DNA from: an uncultured Candidatus Saccharibacteria bacterium
GTDB lineage: Bacteria > Patescibacteriota > Saccharimonadia > Saccharimonadales > JACDBH01
Assembly: GCA_964644965.1 (NCBI GenBank)
Contig: CAZXYN010000002.1
Location: 3,075 to 67,074 of the forward strand
Length of the DNA: 64,000 nt
Direction of reading: 5' to 3'
Shown: one piece after another, positions 1 through 8,123 of the stretch
Position numbering within the stretch: position 1 is the first letter of the stretch
Layout: the number at the start of each line of letters is the position of its first letter
Translations under genes and position numbers: made by a program
Notes under the pieces: generated by a model
Databases searched by the model: none
Told to the model about the DNA's origin: nothing
Seen by the model: the letters and a program-made list of their open reading frames with translations, nothing else

Positions 1-175
1 TAGAACAAGCGCTGGCTAAAGAACATACGCCACCTCGGTAGTTACGCCAGCCCTAACTTTACCGATGCAGCGCTGCATATCATTCCAGCCAACCGCTATA
101 TCTGCTAGGATATCTTCAAGTGGACGGGTTTCAAGTAAGCTTACCCAATCTCCACCAAAAACTCAGCAGGTGACT

Positions 176-628
176 TTAAGCAGAAGGCTCTTCCCAGCGA
201 AAACTTCTGCCGTCTTCGTTTCGGACCAATATACGCTGTCTGCGAATACGTCGGCGCTCGCGCTCGCTCATGCCGCCCCAAATACCAAATTTCTCTCCGT
301 TCGTAAGAGCATACTCTAGACACTCCATACGTACTACGCAGCCTCTGCAAATTTCTTTAGCTGCCTTTGTTGATTCACCTTGAGTAGGGAAGAATAGGTC
401 GGGATCGACACCGTCGCAGTTACCGAAATCATTCCAATTTGTTTTATCAATCAGAACGGGCTTTGCATCTCTTGCTGCATAACTACCGGCAATCCTAGCA
501 GCGTCTTCAGCGCTTTTTCTCTTGGCGTTTTCATCAAATATCTCTCTTTGCTCCTCAAGATATGCCATATGCTCTTGCTGGCTGCTCACAGTGTTAGTAG
601 TAATTATTAGATGATTTTCCGGGCGCAT
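176..628 (-). CDS. WhiB-like (Wbl) Fe-S transcription factor with N-terminal extension
   Basis: C-terminal half shows the Wbl pattern: C-DGVDPDLFFP, C-RG-C-VVRME-C, GIWGG turn and a basic RRRIRRQR tail. An alternative start exists at Met21 (568). Confidence 0.8.
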   Translation of the reverse strand: MRPENHLIITTNTVSSQQEHMAYLEEQREIFDENAKRKSAEDAARIAGSYAARDAKPVLIDKTNWNDFGNCDGVDPDLFFPTQGESTKAAKEICRGCVVRMECLEYALTNGEKFGIWGGMSERERRRIRRQRILVRNEDGRSFRWEEPSA

Positions 629-752
629 AGTCTATATTCCCTTACATTTACTATTAGCCTATGCCTAAATCAGGCAAATTAAAATTGTAATTTTTGCTAT
701 AGTTAGCTAACAAAAGCTTATGTTTGCAAAAAGCGGTATAATAGTTAGGTAA

Positions 753-1196
753 ATGCTAGAAAAAATAAAAAAACTACCAAAAAAGTCATACATAGACTGG
801 CTGAGCGACGTCCGTAACGTCGGTCTGGTGGTGTTTGTAATCGCCTCACTACTGGTGACCTGGAGTGGAATCAGGGTAGTGCAGACCAACTATGATTTGC
901 AAAAGCAGATCTCTGTTATGCGCCAGGAGAATGACCTTAAGAAGCTAGCTAATTCTAACCTATCGCTCAAGAATCAATACCTCGGCACAGATCAATACCT
1001 TGAGCTGACAGCTAGGCGGCAGTACAACAAGGCATTGCCTGGTGAAAAGCTTCTGATTGTACCTAGGGAAGTGGCGTTAGCGCATACCGTAGAGCCAACT
1101 GTACGCAATACCGAAGACGCACCGACTGTTGAGGATGAGGGTCCATGGTATGAGCGGAACTTTAATGCTTGGGTAGACTTCTTGTTTCGCAACTAG
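753..1196 (+). CDS. FtsB/DivIC-like septum formation initiator (single TM plus coiled coil)
   Basis: N-terminal TM segment (LVVFVIASLLVTW) followed by a heptad-like region (YDLQKQISVMRQENDLKKLANSNLSLKNQ). TATAAT lies about 10 nt upstream. Confidence 0.6.
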   Translation: MLEKIKKLPKKSYIDWLSDVRNVGLVVFVIASLLVTWSGIRVVQTNYDLQKQISVMRQENDLKKLANSNLSLKNQYLGTDQYLELTARRQYNKALPGEKLLIVPREVALAHTVEPTVRNTEDAPTVEDEGPWYERNFNAWVDFLFRN

Positions 1197-1261
1197 CCTC
1201 CCCTGCCCCCAAGTAGTACAAAAAGCGAACTGAGTTCAGTCTGGAAGCTGCTGGTTGACAA

Positions 1262-1621
1262 ATGGCTTATGTCGGATTAACATTTAACCATATGGTTGAA
1301 TATACTTCTGAACTAGATACAATCTTCGGCTCGCTAGCAGATCCGACTAGGAGAGATATCATGGCAAGGGTTGCCCGCTGCGAATTGTCTGTCGGTGAGC
1401 TGGTTAGCCAGTACGACTTTAGCTTTGCGGCTATATCTAAGCATCTGAAAATTCTGCAGCAAGCAAACTTAATCACCAAACGAAGGGAGGGCAAAAAACA
1501 GATGATTTCACTGGCTCCAGGCGCGCTCGTGAGTGCCGACGAATATCTGGAGCAGTATCGGCTGATGTGGCAGAGCCGTTTCGATAAGCTAGAGAGTGTA
1601 TTGTCGCAAGATGAGAACTAA
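1262..1621 (+). CDS. ArsR/SmtB-family winged-helix transcriptional regulator
   Basis: LADPTRRDIMARV...LSVGELVSQYDFSFAAISKHLKILQQANLI matches the ArsR HTH pattern. It is paired with a downstream SRPBCC gene, a common operon arrangement. Confidence 0.8.
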   Translation: MAYVGLTFNHMVEYTSELDTIFGSLADPTRRDIMARVARCELSVGELVSQYDFSFAAISKHLKILQQANLITKRREGKKQMISLAPGALVSADEYLEQYRLMWQSRFDKLESVLSQDEN

Positions 1622-1653
1622 CGATAACTAACTGCGCGCATAGAGGAGATCAT

Positions 1654-2160
1654 ATGGCAGAAGTAAAAGTAACTAAAGATCTAGACAACAAAACACTCGT
1701 TATCGAGTATTTAGCAGACGGACCGAAGGAAAAGGTCTGGCGGGCTTATACTGATAAGGAATGGTTTGAAAAATGGTGGGGACCAGAGGGCTGGCAGACA
1801 ACTACCAAGGAATTTGACTTCCGTGAGGGTGGACGAATCCATTACGACATGCACTGCGTCGACAAAAACCAGGGCGAATGGTTTGACCAGCACTCCTGGG
1901 GCTTGATGGAGGTTCAAAACATAGATGAGGGCAATAGCTTTGTGTACAAAGACTCCTTCTCTGACGAGACAGGAACAGTTAATCAAGAAATGCCCTCAAT
2001 GGTAGTAACGAACGAATTTACAGAGGAAAACGGCAAGACAAGGATTGTCAGCCGCAGCGTCGCCGACAGTGTAGAACAAATAGAAGAGCTCATCAAAATG
2101 GGCATAGAAGAGGGCTACTCAAGCCAACTCAATCGCCTGGAGTTGCTGCTGCGAGCTTAG
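1654..2160 (+). CDS. SRPBCC / AHSA1 (Aha1-like) domain protein
   Basis: VWRAYTDKEWFEKWWGPEGW...FREGGRIHYDM is typical of AHSA1/SRPBCC proteins encoded next to ArsR regulators. Confidence 0.7.
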   Translation: MAEVKVTKDLDNKTLVIEYLADGPKEKVWRAYTDKEWFEKWWGPEGWQTTTKEFDFREGGRIHYDMHCVDKNQGEWFDQHSWGLMEVQNIDEGNSFVYKDSFSDETGTVNQEMPSMVVTNEFTEENGKTRIVSRSVADSVEQIEELIKMGIEEGYSSQLNRLELLLRA

Positions 2161-3371
2161 TGAGTAACGAACGTCAGGGCGTAGCCGACTTGACCGGCAC
2201 GTCCAGCACGTCCAATACGGTGGATGTAATCATCGTACTGCTGTGGAATCGAGTAGTTAATCACATGGGTGATATCAGACACGTCAATACCGCGGGCAGC
2301 AACGTCGGTTGCAACCAGGATGGTAATCTCGTTTTTCTTGAACTTGTTTAGAGCGCGTTGGCGTTGACCCTGGGTCTTGCCACCGTGGATTGCGTCGGCT
2401 ACAAAACCTCGGGCAATCAGCTCGTTGCTCAGACGTTCTACACTTCGTTGGGTCTCATCAAACAATATGACTTTGGCGACTTCTTCTTTGTTGAGAATGT
2501 CGTGGAGTTTCTCCATCTTGTCAGTATTGGTCTGGTAGCGGACTACGTCCTGGTGGACACTGTCGCTGGTTGTGCTTGGCTTGAGTGAAACAGTAAAAGG
2601 GTCGCTACTGAAATTGTCAATAAGCTTGCGGATGCGGGCATCCATAGTAGCAGAGAAGAATAGTGACTGACGGTTCTCATTAACATGGCTTAGTATGGTC
2701 GTGACATCATCAACAAAGCCCATATCTAGCATGCGATCGACTTCATCAAGCGCAATCATGTTAAAGTTTTCCAGCCTAAGCGAGCCGCGCTCGATATGGT
2801 CTTTGATGCGTCCTGGTGTACCGATAACTATACGTGGACGATGCTTAAGGTCGCGCAGTTGGTTGGTCATGCTTGTGCCGCCGATAAGTACAGCGCCAAA
2901 TACGCCACTGCCCTTGCCAAGCTGTCTGCACTCGGCTTCGATTTGCTGAGCCAGCTCGCGGGTAGGTGCTACGACTAAAGCCGCAGAATTTGCATCTGCC
3001 ATCAAACGTTCTAGCATAGGTAGGGCAAAAGCAGCTGTCTTACCAGTACCAGTGCTGGCAATACCAATAACATCCTGGCCAGCAAGTGCTGCAGGGATAG
3101 CCTGGTCCTGAATTGGGGATGGCGTGACGAAGCCCTTGGCCATCAGGTTAGCTTGCAGGGTTGGATTTAAGGCAAAATCAGTGAAGGCGTGCTGAGGTGT
3201 GTAGACCTCTGCCTCTGCCACAGATGCTTTTTGTACAAAACGGCTCGGGTCAATATATTGGCCTCGGCGTTGTTTGTTGCGGGGTTGGCTGCTTCGGCGC
3301 TGTCCCGTATTTGTACGGGCATAACGGCTAGCAACAGAGGAGCTACGGCTCCCACGATAAGAATAAGACAT
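2157..3371 (-). CDS. DEAD-box ATP-dependent RNA helicase
   Basis: Q motif (FTDF...PSPIQ), Walker A STGTGKTAAF, DEVD box, SAT, and HRIGRAGRAG motif VI. The N-terminus is R/S-rich. Confidence 0.95.
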   Translation of the reverse strand: MSYSYRGSRSSSVASRYARTNTGQRRSSQPRNKQRRGQYIDPSRFVQKASVAEAEVYTPQHAFTDFALNPTLQANLMAKGFVTPSPIQDQAIPAALAGQDVIGIASTGTGKTAAFALPMLERLMADANSAALVVAPTRELAQQIEAECRQLGKGSGVFGAVLIGGTSMTNQLRDLKHRPRIVIGTPGRIKDHIERGSLRLENFNMIALDEVDRMLDMGFVDDVTTILSHVNENRQSLFFSATMDARIRKLIDNFSSDPFTVSLKPSTTSDSVHQDVVRYQTNTDKMEKLHDILNKEEVAKVILFDETQRSVERLSNELIARGFVADAIHGGKTQGQRQRALNKFKKNEITILVATDVAARGIDVSDITHVINYSIPQQYDDYIHRIGRAGRAGQVGYALTFVTH

Positions 3372-3788
3372 AAAAATAGATCCTTGTAGTTATAGATTTA
3401 CGAATCCTGCATCGGCAAACCTGCTATCCAGCAAAGCTGGCTACCTGCTTGCCTCTTGGCTGTTTTTGGCTTGAATCTTTACGGTACGCGGCAACAGTAT
3501 TTAAATACAGTTAGCCTTGCGTTCCGCAGATTCGCACCAAAACTAGCTCAAGTGCAGAATCCGTTTATTACTTTGGCTTCTTGTGTAGTGAAGCCTTAGT
3601 AGTTCGCCTAACAAAACCAGGATCCAATAAACAATTAGCTACATATTAGCATGGTTTTTGCAAATAGTCAATAGCTAGCTTAGAAAATGGTTGCCTCTAC
3701 TTCTGCCTGAAAACGTGTAGCCAGCAGTGTTTCGTAGTATGATTCTTGCAGCATAGTAAAATCATCATTCCAAGTTCAAGGAGAGAAA

Positions 3789-4757
3789 ATGTGGACCAAA
3801 AATATTAGCTGGAACTGGCGTTATGCTGGTTTTGGTGCGGTTATGGCGCTACTGGCGCTTATCTTGATTATTAAAGGTGAAGTTCTGACTGGTACTTCTT
3901 TGTTGATCGGATCAATTCCAGCGGCAATAGTCGGTTTGCCACCCAAACGCAAGGAAAGAAAAGCGGTTTTAGTTGTCGGACTGCTTTTTAGTGCTTCTAT
4001 ACTTGTTGGCTCGATTCTGGCGGTTTGGCCGCCTCTGGCTGTTGTGGGGATGTTCCTTATGTCCTACATATCAGTACAAGTGGCAGCAGAGAAGCCACTC
4101 GGGGTTCTGGCTCTGAGTGTCATTATGCCGCTCACCGCAATTGGTCTGACTTATGTCGGTATCGGTGAGTCAGCAAAAATTGCCGGGCTGTTTGCCCTTA
4201 GCTCGATCGGTTCCTACATCTGGGCTCTTGTTTTGCCTGAGTACAAGGGCAAGATTGTTCGCAAAGGTTGGCTAACCAAAGACCAGGCAAAACAGTATGG
4301 TCTGACGCTCGGTATCGCGGCTGCAGTGTCTACGGCAGTGGGATTTGCACTGGACGTGCAGTTCGTTGGCTGGCTGGTTGGATCTACTTTATTGGTCATG
4401 CGGCCTAATTGGGATGCACTCAAATTAAGAAGTGCTGGCCGTGCTATTTCGGTTTTCGTGGGTGCTACCTCGTCTGCCTTGTTACTGCTTCTTGACCCAT
4501 CTTATGTGACGATTGCCATTGTTCTATGGCTGGTGCTTGTGATGATGGCTGCAACTTCAGAGAGCCGTTGGTACACAACGCCAATATTTACATCTTTCCT
4601 CATACTGTGGGCGTTACTCTACGGCGAGTCCACACGTAATAACGTAGCTTTTCACTTTAGCGAACGAGTTATTGATACGCTGATTGGCGTTAGCATCGCC
4701 TTTGTTGTTGGAGCTGTAGTACCAAGAATTCTTGCTCGCAGAAATGCTCAAAGGTGA
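3789..4757 (+). CDS. Polytopic membrane protein (FUSC/ArAE-like, weak)
   Basis: About 9 hydrophobic segments and a C-terminal ...RVIDTLIGVSIAFVVG motif reminiscent of FUSC_2. A strong AAGGAGAG RBS precedes it. Confidence 0.4.
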   Translation: MWTKNISWNWRYAGFGAVMALLALILIIKGEVLTGTSLLIGSIPAAIVGLPPKRKERKAVLVVGLLFSASILVGSILAVWPPLAVVGMFLMSYISVQVAAEKPLGVLALSVIMPLTAIGLTYVGIGESAKIAGLFALSSIGSYIWALVLPEYKGKIVRKGWLTKDQAKQYGLTLGIAAAVSTAVGFALDVQFVGWLVGSTLLVMRPNWDALKLRSAGRAISVFVGATSSALLLLLDPSYVTIAIVLWLVLVMMAATSESRWYTTPIFTSFLILWALLYGESTRNNVAFHFSERVIDTLIGVSIAFVVGAVVPRILARRNAQR

Positions 4758-4932
4758 TAGTCATCCTTCCCGAAGTATTGCAATTTTCATTAACGTATTG
4801 TATAGTTATATAACATACATTTTCCTCTTACGTAAAAAAGACGTTTAGGTCTGGTATCACAAAAACCATAGTAACCGAAGCTCACTTGCTTCTTATGAGC
4901 AGCGCTCCTTGATGCTGAGAAAGACCTAAATT

Positions 4933-6015
4933 ATGAAAATTTCCTCCATTACGGGCCGGCTTGTCCGTCCGTCCGGTTTCAAAAAAACGCGCGCTTATAT
5001 CGAAATCGTCGGATCTACTAACCCACGATTGAACGCTATGGCAGAAGATTCAAGACTCAGCATACTCGCTACTTTGCGCAAGCGATATACCAAAGTCCGC
5101 ATTACGATTGTCAATGACATGGCTGATCTAGATCGTTTGGTTGCCAAGAATCCAGATCTGGTGATACTCGGCATGAAGCTCGTCCTGACCGAGCCCGAGA
5201 AAGGCTATGAGGATAGTCAGAAGGTATGGCTTTCGGATTATCTTGAGCAGCATGACATCAGCTTCACTGGCTCCGGAACAGAAGCGCTAACGCTTGAATT
5301 TGACAAACAAGATGCAAAACAGCAGGTAACTGAGGCTGGACTAGAGAGTTCAGCATATTTCATATCACCTCTAGATCGTCCTCGATTCCAGCATTCACTG
5401 ACATTCCCCCTGTTTGTAAAGCCAAGCAACCGTGGTGACAGTAAGGGGATCGACGAATTCTCGGTTGTCTCCACGAGCTCTGAACTGAATGCAAAGATAC
5501 GTTCTATACACCGCGATTGCGGATCGGACGCACTTATAGAGGAATATCTGCCTGGGCGGGAATTCAGTGTTGCAGTTATAAGACAGTCCGGATCGGGCGA
5601 ACTCCTTGCAATGCCGGTCGAAATACTGGCTGAAGCCGATCGGAAGGGTAACCGGTTCTTGAGCGCGGCAATAAAAGAGGCAGATTCTGAGCGGGTCTTG
5701 CCTGTCCATGACCAAGAGTTAAAAAACAATCTAAATGAGCTTGCAGTGGGCGTCTTCACTGCTCTAGGATCACGTGATTATGGCAGAATTGATTTGCGTT
5801 TGAATAGCTCGGGCAAGCCCAGCTTTATTGAAGCCAATCTTATGCCCGGTCTTTCCAATCATGGCTATCTGTCAAAGTGTTTTGCCTTAAATAAGGGCAT
5901 TGGTTATGAGGATATGATTTCTGCAATTACTTCTTTGGGGTTTGGGCGGGTCGTCATGCGCAAAGAACTAGCGCAGACTCTAGAAGACCCTATTCACGGA
6001 ACCGTTGGCGTCTAA
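4933..6015 (+). CDS. ATP-grasp ligase, D-Ala-D-Ala-ligase-like family
   Basis: FPLFVKPSNRGDSKGI, EEYLPGREFSVAV and DYGRIDLRL..FIEANLMPGL match Ddl-type ATP-grasp blocks. The N-terminal region is atypical. Confidence 0.7.
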   Translation: MKISSITGRLVRPSGFKKTRAYIEIVGSTNPRLNAMAEDSRLSILATLRKRYTKVRITIVNDMADLDRLVAKNPDLVILGMKLVLTEPEKGYEDSQKVWLSDYLEQHDISFTGSGTEALTLEFDKQDAKQQVTEAGLESSAYFISPLDRPRFQHSLTFPLFVKPSNRGDSKGIDEFSVVSTSSELNAKIRSIHRDCGSDALIEEYLPGREFSVAVIRQSGSGELLAMPVEILAEADRKGNRFLSAAIKEADSERVLPVHDQELKNNLNELAVGVFTALGSRDYGRIDLRLNSSGKPSFIEANLMPGLSNHGYLSKCFALNKGIGYEDMISAITSLGFGRVVMRKELAQTLEDPIHGTVGV

Positions 6016-6086
6016 GCAATTCAATTTGTCATGCAAAAACTTTGAATCTGCTTATGTGCAATAGAAATACCCCACCGAAAAATGGG

Positions 6087-6103
6087 GTAGGGGCAGGACT
6101 TGA
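6087..6103. repeat. tRNA 3'-end-like direct repeat, copy 1 (gtaggggcaggact...)
   Basis: The reverse complement GGTCAAGTCCTGCCCCTACC resembles the T-arm/acceptor 3' end of tRNA-Met at 7129-7203. It shares 14 identical nt with 6890-6903. Confidence 0.6.
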
Positions 6104-6176
6104 CCTAATTGCTCGCGGAAAGCTGGTCTAACAGTAGGTATTGTAAAATATTATAAAAAGTGCATAATACTAAATT

Positions 6177-6839
6177 ATGGATTTATTCGGAAGAGCACAA
6201 ACTGAGCGCAGAGAGCGTCTGGAAAGAGAAGCCATACCTGACGCTACCCAATTGGGAATAGACACTCTATCTAAAAGATTTGCTAGCCTACATCCGAATA
6301 TACAAGAAGTACGAAATAGGCTAGTAGCCAAAGGAATAGAACCTCCGGTCACAGTGACAGAATGGCAAAGTACGCCAAAGCTTTTTAACAAACATGCAGG
6401 AAAGTATATGCCCATAGCTAAGGGTTGGAGAATCTTTAGCACTAAGTACACTAGTCATTCAGAGCCTAGCTACGGATCTTTTGGTTCGTCAACTATATCT
6501 CACTTTAGTATAATTATGTTAGAAAATGGTGAGCTAGTTCAAAGCGATGGCTATGGAGAGATTGAAGATACTAAGGCATCGAATGGTCCTGTATGGAATA
6601 TAAGAGCTGGTGAACTTCCACAGCTCGTATGTACCTCTCCAACTGCCGCGATTGAGTTTAGTATTCTGTACAAGTACAATCGTGCTGACGAAGCTATGGC
6701 AAGCATGTTGCCACACCAAAACCACAGAGGTCATTTCTCTGATTCAGTGTTGCGTACCGCAGCCTTCACACAATACTTTGAGCAGCAACTTGTCGATTTT
6801 ATCCAAGAAAATAGACTTATTGACACTACTACTAGGTAA
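6177..6839 (+). CDS. Hypothetical protein (orphan, AT-richer than neighbours)
   Basis: Long ORF with no recognisable motif. It is bracketed by the direct repeats at 6087 and 6890. Confidence 0.5.
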   Translation: MDLFGRAQTERRERLEREAIPDATQLGIDTLSKRFASLHPNIQEVRNRLVAKGIEPPVTVTEWQSTPKLFNKHAGKYMPIAKGWRIFSTKYTSHSEPSYGSFGSSTISHFSIIMLENGELVQSDGYGEIEDTKASNGPVWNIRAGELPQLVCTSPTAAIEFSILYKYNRADEAMASMLPHQNHRGHFSDSVLRTAAFTQYFEQQLVDFIQENRLIDTTTR

Positions 6840-6889
6840 TTTTGCATACTCAAGGGCACCCCACGGGTTATAAGTTCGCTCAGTGTTTA

Positions 6890-7057
6890 GTAGGGGCAGG
6901 ACTCTCCCACCGATATTTTTCCTGACGGAAAAATTCGTCGGGCCCTCCTCGCCGTCTTCGCCTTTCGCTTTGCTCAAACTCAGACAAGGCTCCGGCCTTG
7001 CGAGCCTACAAAAGTGAAGCAATTCACTTTTGCTTTACGGCTCTCACCTGCGACCTC
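6890..7057 (-). pseudogene. Interrupted tRNA-fMet-like relic
   Basis: 7046-7057 (acctgcgacctc) is identical to 7151-7162 of the intact tRNA. 6890-6903 matches its T-stem/acceptor 3' part. The two pieces are collinear but separated by ~140 nt containing three perfect hairpins. Confidence 0.5.
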
Positions 7058-7090
7058 TTTAGCGTCACAAATTCAAATCTGACTCAGTAC

Positions 7091-7119
7091 CAAAACAAAA
7101 ACCCCATCTTTCGATGAGG
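7091..7119 (-). terminator. Rho-independent terminator of tRNA-Met(CAU)
   Basis: On the minus strand: CCUCAUC-GAAA-GAUGGGG stem-loop followed by UUUUUGUUUUG. Confidence 0.75.
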
Positions 7120-7128
7120 TTCTTATTT

Positions 7129-7203
7129 TGGTAGCGGGGGCAGGACTTGAACCTGCGACCTCGTGGTTATGAGCCACGCGAGCTGCCACTGCTCCACCCC
7201 GCG
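7129..7203 (-). tRNA. tRNA-Met (anticodon CAU), initiator-like
   Basis: 75-nt cloverleaf CGCGGGG..GAGC AGTGGCA GCTC..CGTGG CTCATAA CCACG AGGTC GCAGG TTCAAGT CCTGC CCCCGCT A CCA. It has a C1-U72 mismatch and A11:U24 (initiator hallmarks), and CCA is encoded. Confidence 0.9.
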
Positions 7204-7306
7204 TCATCAAAGTGTAAGGCTTGGATTGCCAAACTGCAGACTGTGCGAATGCAGGTTTTATACTAACCTAAGAAGTAAAACTTGTCAATGCTGCTATCAT
7301 GCATGT

Positions 7307-7912
7307 ATGAATTACAATCTCGAGGCTGCAGAGAAACATCTTGCACAAGTTGACCCGGTTTTGGGTGAGCTAATCTCTAACCAAAAACTAATCCGCCGTG
7401 AACCTCGAACAGATTATTTTGTTTCGCTTTGTCGCAGTATTATTGGTCAGCAAGTGTCAGTAGCAGCTGCTACGGCTATTTTTGCCCGATTTGAAGCAGC
7501 AACAAGACTCGAGCCAAAAGGAGTGCTTGAGTTGAGTAACGAGGAAATTCGCGCTGTTGGTTTGTCTCGCCAGAAGACTGGCTATATTCGTGATATCGCT
7601 GCTCACTTTGTTGAGGATCCAGCCGTTTATAATCATCTGGATCAGCAGGCAGACGAGCAGGTAATCCAGGAGCTGGTAGAAATAAAGGGCATTGGTGTCT
7701 GGACGGCACAGATGTTTTTGATGTTCACACTAGGTCGCCCTGATGTGTTTGCACCAGATGATGTAGGCTTGCAGCGTGCCATGATGAATCTCTATGGTTG
7801 GGAAGTATTGCCGCCAAAGAAAGAACTAGAAGTATTGGCGGCCAAATGGTCGCCTTATCGCACTGTAGCCAGTCTGCACCTGTGGCAGTCCCTCAACAAC
7901 TCTCCAGTTTAA
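7307..7912 (+). CDS. HhH-GPD DNA glycosylase (AlkA / 3-methyladenine glycosylase II-like)
   Basis: SIIGQQVSVAAATAI, a helix-hairpin-helix (IKGIGVWTAQMFLMF), PDVFAPDD..L and WSPYRTVASLHLW. The start is moved to Met49 because the track ORF start (7163) overlaps the tRNA. Confidence 0.8.
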   Translation: MNYNLEAAEKHLAQVDPVLGELISNQKLIRREPRTDYFVSLCRSIIGQQVSVAAATAIFARFEAATRLEPKGVLELSNEEIRAVGLSRQKTGYIRDIAAHFVEDPAVYNHLDQQADEQVIQELVEIKGIGVWTAQMFLMFTLGRPDVFAPDDVGLQRAMMNLYGWEVLPPKKELEVLAAKWSPYRTVASLHLWQSLNNSPV

Positions 7913-7926
7913 AACTCCTAATAAAA

Positions 7927-7951
7927 TCACCCCGCTTGTATCGCGGGGTGA
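7927..7951 (-). terminator. Rho-independent terminator (minus strand; hairpin also follows the plus-strand glycosylase gene)
   Basis: TCACCCCGC / GCGGGGTGA 9-bp stem. On the minus strand it is followed by UUUUAUU. Confidence 0.7.
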
Positions 7952-7960
7952 ATCAGTGGC

Positions 7961-8014
7961 TTACTTGTCTTTTTTGGGTTTTTTAACTTCTTTGCGACCA
8001 CGATCTTTTGACAT
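7961..8014 (-). CDS. 17-aa highly basic micro-ORF (MSKDRGRKEVKKPKKDK)
   Basis: ATG preceded by GAAAGGTAGG 7 nt upstream, with a TATACT box further upstream. The stop is followed directly by the terminator at 7927-7951. It is too short for the ORF track. Confidence 0.4.
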   Translation of the reverse strand: MSKDRGRKEVKKPKKDK

Positions 8015-8123
8015 ACAGACCTACCTTTCTTGTTCTGTCTTAACTAGCTATGGATACTAGATAGTCTTCATCGGTCTGGTCTCCTTGGACGCTTATGTTT
8101 GTACTTCTAGTATACACCTAAAC

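Noticed and set aside
2-40. Possible 3' end (…EQALAKEHTPPR*) of a plus-strand gene entering from the left edge.
   Set aside because: Only 12 codons are visible, so neither coding status nor function can be supported.
3372-3788. 416-nt intergenic region upstream of the DEAD-box helicase gene as a possible ncRNA locus.
   Set aside because: I found no repeat, conserved motif or convincing structure by eye. It is most simply a long 5' UTR plus divergent promoters, as is common for cold-shock helicases.
7163-7306. N-terminal 48 codons of the track ORF 7163-7912 (Cys-rich MVMSHASCHC...).
   Set aside because: This part overlaps the tRNA-Met gene on the other strand. The glycosylase homology begins only at the internal Met (7307).
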